A DNA stretch of 64,000 nt. It comes from the human T2T-CHM13v2.0 reference genome, Homo sapiens. The DNA lies in assembly GCF_009914755.1 (NCBI RefSeq), contig NC_060934.1. One strand, 5' to 3'. Positions within the stretch are counted from its first letter, which is position 1, and the number at the start of each line of letters is the position of its first letter. The position numbers were made by a program, and so were the translations under genes. The notes beneath the pieces were generated by a model that searched no databases, was not told the DNA's origin, and worked only from the letters and a program-made list of their open reading frames with translations. Of this stretch, positions 58,977 through 64,000 are shown in pieces.

Positions 58977-61360
58977 AAGTATTTAAATTTCTGAGGATAG
59001 CATCTGTGGGTGGGGTAGCAGTTCTGGAAATGGGGGGAAGTCAATGGAGAGGAAAATAGATGGTGAGAAAGAAGGAGCCCAAGGCCAGTGATGCCAGTGA
59101 GAGGTTCTCGGTTGTGAGAACAGCTGGGAGACAGAACCTAGGTGTGGGTTTAAAGAGTAAAGCTTTCTTCAGTCCCAGCCCTCATCCATGGATCATCACT
59201 CCACATCTCCTACTTCTATTTGCCTGAGGCCAGTGGTATTTTTCAGAAATCAAAGAAAAAGGGTTGTGTTACATGTCTGAGGTTACAAGGGCATGAAAGA
59301 AAGAAGGAAACGGGAATACTTGCAAGAGGTGAGACTAGAGAGACCTGAACATCTAGATGATCGGCCAATGATCAGGATCAGGAGGTAACATGGAAAAATA
59401 GGTCCCACTCAATAATTCCTGGAAATACTGGAAGAATGCTGAGTTTTTCCCCTCTCTGTGTTCAAGCTGATTTTATCGAAATCTGAGTGGATAAGATCAC
59501 CCCCACCACGCAGAGAATGCTCGTTGACAAGGAGCTGACATCAGGTTATCCAGAACTTCTAACCTTCATACGTAATGTTTTGTCTTTTCGTCTGTTTCTC
59601 AGTGGATGCCAAAGAAAATGTGTGGCCCACTGGTTTGGCTCTGACATCAGTAACAAGCCATTTTCATTGCTAATTTTCCTTTTAATAAATCAGGAATGAA
59701 AGGAGAAATTATTCACAACAAGTAAGGCAAAAAGCCACGCAACAGACAAGCAAGTATGAAGTTAAAACTAAACCCCAGGACTTATTCGAAGTGACGGGAT
59801 CAACGCAGACAAGATGTGGAACCAGGAGAGTCCAGCATATTCATGAAAGAGAAGCAGTTTAGTTTGGCTGTTTGAAATAGGCAATATTTTGAAATACCAT
59901 ATGATGTATTTTTTTTTCTCTTTAGTATTTCCAGGGTCAGGTTTTTTTTGTTTGTTAGTTTGGTTAGTTGGTTGTTTTTAAAGCTTTGCAGCCTTCCCTC
60001 TCTTTAAGCCAAGATGCTGAAGATAATTTTTTGCAGGGAAAGAGAGACAAAATGCCACCCAGGACAAAAAAGTCCTTGCTCAGCTTTGAGTTTCGAACTA
60101 GATTTTAAAAATAAAGTCTGCAAATAAATAATAATCTCCAAAATTAGGCTTTCAAGCAGGAGTCGGCAGTTTCTCAGACCTCTTAGAGCAGGTTTTATAT
60201 AAAGAAAGGAGGATTGGAGGATTGGGATCAGAAAAAAATGGAGAATTCGATTCCAAAAAAGCTCCTGCTACACAGAGGAGAGTAAAACTCCCCTGTTTGG
60301 GGAGGACAGCTTGGAAGTGCAAGAAGAGAAGGGAAGGAGGTTGCTTGGAGAGCTTGGCTTACTTTGAAGGAAATAAAAGTTATTAAAGTCAGCCTGGAGG
60401 GGTTTAAGCCCCTCAGGGAAGGTCCAGTTTCTGCAAGGCACCATGTCTGGCCTGGCTAAGGGAGATTTCTAAGCCGGTGAGCTTAGGGCAGCTTTGAAAG
60501 AGCCCATGCATGATTTTGTGGTGCAGGGAAAGCAGCCAGCAGCTCCCAGCCTCCTGGGAGAGCCCAGCAGAGCTGAGACGATCCAGACACCAGACTGGGC
60601 CAGGGGTTCTAAAGAGAGGTGCCAGAGGTGGAGGCTTCTTGACTAGGATCCATGAGACACTGCATGCATCAGCACAGGTGCCAGCCTGCCCTGTGACCGG
60701 GACACTCAAAGCTACCCGCAGCAAGACAAGGAGGAGGCAGGCTAGGGATAAAGGAACGACAAGGGGCATGTAACTTTCCTGGAGATTCCTACACTTCTTC
60801 CCAGAACTCAGCTCACAGGCGCCCAGGAGGGCAGAAGGGAAGGAAGGGGAGAACACTTGAGAAGGGGGAACAACTTTGAAAGATGTAGCAGTGAACCAAG
60901 AGGAGCTATTTTTAATCAAAAGAGGCTAGACACTTCTAATTGGCAAAGTCAAGCTTTTCACCCATCAGTGGAAAGACATGTAAAAATTAAAGGAAGTTAC
61001 GTAAATTTTTTCACATCTGAGTCAACATATGTGATTTTTTTTTTTGGACCAGACTACATGTAGAATATATTTGAAGGAGAATAGTGGGAGGTAAGAACGG
61101 GGAGGTAGATTGAAATTAGAATGAATTGAATTGAGGAAAGGGAAATCTAAGACATTCATATCAATTTCCTTTGATCGCCTCTGAATAGATTGGCCAGGAC
61201 TACATCTGAAGAACTAAGAATAAATTGAAGGTTTTCTAGTGCTTATAAGGCATTCCTCATTCCTTCTCTGAAGCCTCAGTTCTCTGCTGAAAGGATATAA
61301 ATAAAAATAATCTCCTTTCTGAGGAAATTATTAACGATATTATCCAAAAAGATGGAAAAC

Positions 61361-61612
61361 TGAGAGGCCAAGGAGGGAGGATTGCTTGAGCCCAGGAGTT
61401 CGAGACCAGCCTGGGCAACATAGGGAGACCTCATCTCTACTAAAAATAAACAAATTTACCTGCGTGTGATGGTGCACACCTGTGATCCCAGCTACTCAAG
61501 AGGCTGAGGTGGGAGGATTACTTGAGCCTGGGAGGTCAGGGCTGCAGTGAGCCATGATCACACCACTACACTCCAGCCTTGGTGGAAAAAAAAAAAAAAA
61601 AAAAGAAAGAAA
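61361..61612 (+). mobile_element. AluJ, 5'-truncated
   Basis: ggaggattgcttgagcccaggagttcgagaccagcctgggcaacatag...gccatgatcacaccac. Confidence 0.9.
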
Positions 61613-62544
61613 GGGAAACCTCATATAGCCACAGTGCAAGAAAAGTCGGGCTCCTATAGGCCCATGAGCAGATTCTGCATTAGAACTCCAAGCGGACCAA
61701 ACACACATCTTGGCTAGAGCACATCTGTCTCCAACATCTGTCTTGCACATTCATGACACTCATAGGCAGAAAAGCAAAGACACTCCTTTCCTTTACACCT
61801 TCAAGTTTGTTGTTTTAGCTCATAATTAGTTCAGTTTAAGAGAATATCTAAATAAATCAACCTCACAGATTAAAACGCATTAGCTTGTCTTCTGTTTTAA
61901 ATCAGTATCAGCAGCTGTTTATTGCTTCAAGCAGGACAAAATAATCAAGGTGATCCCTTAATGTTTTACGCCTTGCAGTTGAAGATTAGGAATGACCATC
62001 AAAGCTTCAAAAAGCAACACATCTCCTCCAAAGCAAAACCTGGTGCTAACCATGAGATTCTCCCCATGTGTGCACAACATTTAAAGCAAGATGAGGTTCA
62101 GTTGGAGCCACAGTTGCTCTGCAAATGAAGGGAGGGGTTATAGACAGAGAGGGGGAGATGGTGCAGAAGCAGACAGCGGCATTTCCAAGCAGTCAAAGAA
62201 CCAGTCTTGCCATCTTCACAGGCCTGTTTGTAGTATGAATTAAATCCACAATGCAAATTGAGCAGATTCTTATGGCAGCATCGCACCCAAGAAATCTTTC
62301 TCACAGCTCAAGCACAAACTTTTCAGAGGCCTTCTGCCTCTTTTTCTCTCTAAAAGGGCTTAATTGCACACAGGAGTTGCAGAAAACTGACATTTGCCTT
62401 TTAGCACAATCTAAACATCAGACAGTAGAGCTTAAGAGAGTGTCATTTTTTTAGGTCATCTTGGCACTCATAAGTGGCACAGTTACAACACCTTACTGGC
62501 GTTTTAATGCATGACTATACCTCCTCAAACGCCTGATTTGCCAG

Positions 62545-62725
62545 GTTCTTACACAGCAAAGAGATGACTGTCTGCAAGCCAGCAAAAGAGGCCTCCCCAG
62601 AAACCAACCTGCTGGGCCCATGATCTTGGACTTCCAGCCTCCAGAACTGTGAAAAAATACATTTCTAAGGTTGAAGCCACCTGGTCTTTGGTTTACCTTT
62701 ACGACAGCTCTAGCAGACAAATACA
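62545..62725 (+). mobile_element. MLT1A/B LTR 3' fragment
   Basis: agaaaccaacctgctggg...tgatcttggacttccagcctccagaactgtga. Confidence 0.8.
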
Positions 62726-64000
62726 GCTGCCATATTTAAAACGTGGGAGATTGGCTATAAAAAATATGTATTTCTACTGAACAGCTGTAAGATCTGGCAA
62801 TGGTTGTCCAGTAGTGAGTAGTAATTGTCTGTATTCTCCAGTTCACCATGGTCTCCACCCATCCCTTTTGTCTCCCAGATATGGAGGCTAAAAGTCAATT
62901 GGCAATTGTATCAGTTTTTTAATCTAGCTATTTTCTCTCATTTAGATTACTTGCCTGGTACTTACGGACATTTAGGTTTGAAGTTGCTCGTGTAACTAAT
63001 CTAATGACAAACAACAACTTTTTTTTTCTCCCCAATAGCGAGAAAGGAGTTGCACCGCACTATCCATACTCCTTTGTCTGAACTTCCTTTTTGATATATG
63101 TATAGTCTTCCTCAATGGGAAAGCCAACCACTATAGATTCTTCAAGTCTATAAGAACCATGCTGATATGCACGAATGTATCTTTCAATCATGAAAATAAA
63201 TTAGGACATAATTCTAAATTGTAACTACAAATCTTAACTCTGAACATCATGGGGCAATTATGTAATTTATAAAAGATGTCTTTTATCAACTAATAAATCA
63301 GGGTGGCATGAATTGGCAAAAGAAAAGCTTCCTTTTGTCTTGACAGATGCGAATAAAGAATAAGTCACTTTTACTTGAAAATTTGAAAATAATGGGTTGA
63401 GAGTATAAGGATTCCATCTGTTACATGATTTCAAGTCAGCCATGACAATTATACATCAGAAACATATTGAAATATCAACTTTACATCTTGCATTTATAGA
63501 AATTGAAGCATAAAATATTTTAAGAGCCAGAAAATGTAATAACCATTTGTCGGAGAAAATGGAAGTAGAAGCTGGAAACATGGAGATTAGAGTGGAGGGA
63601 AAAAAAGAAGGGAAACAAATGTTGGAATGAGGGGAAATTAATGTAACAATCAGAGCATAAAGAAATAACACAAAGGAGAAAAACATAATGCTTTAAGGGA
63701 GAACAGAAGTCGAGGAAACTGTCCTATATTTACTTATTGCTTGGCAGTTTGGTTGAGAGTGTACTTCTATTAGATTTATTCAGGCAAAATATATAAAGAG
63801 ACTTAGTAAATCACAATATTATTCATCTTAGGCATCTACGATGGAGTAAACAAGTCAATGGGCCCAAATCATTCTTTCCTTCTCAAAACAACATTGTATG
63901 AAGCAATCTATTAATGATCTTTGGAACTGTTATTTCACTTGTGTGTTTTTTGTACTCCTGGGGTAGAATTCAGCTCCTTGTAATGGACAAAAACCAAATA

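Noticed and set aside
60413-60919. 168-aa minus-strand ORF
   Set aside because: Non-ATG start, no recognisable domain, and the region looks like a decayed LTR-type sequence.

Overview
Primate, almost certainly human, genomic DNA (AluYa5, AluS/AluJ, L1PA, THE1/MST/MLT1, MER elements). The first ~1.1-1.6 kb is a CpG-island promoter with the first, probably non-coding, exon(s) of a gene transcribed on the minus strand out of the window's left edge. From memory this resembles the 5' end of RAI2 (Xp22), but that is unverified. The other ~62 kb is repeat-rich upstream/intergenic DNA with no credible protein-coding exon: the long ORFs come from GC-rich DNA, Alus, LTRs, CT tracts or a minisatellite. 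I found no evidence of a new multi-gene system. The best second-look items are structural: a closely spaced inverted duplication of one Alu with a 66-bp perfect inner stem (37.1-37.8 kb), a 24 x 31-bp minisatellite grown inside an MLT1 LTR (38.2-38.9 kb), a young AluYa5 inside a ~1-kb homopyrimidine tract, an Alu tail expanded to ~520 bp between its TSDs, nested transposon clusters, and repeat-free motif-rich blocks that may be distal enhancers. Repeat subfamily names are from remembered consensus sequences. Boundaries of old repeats are approximate.
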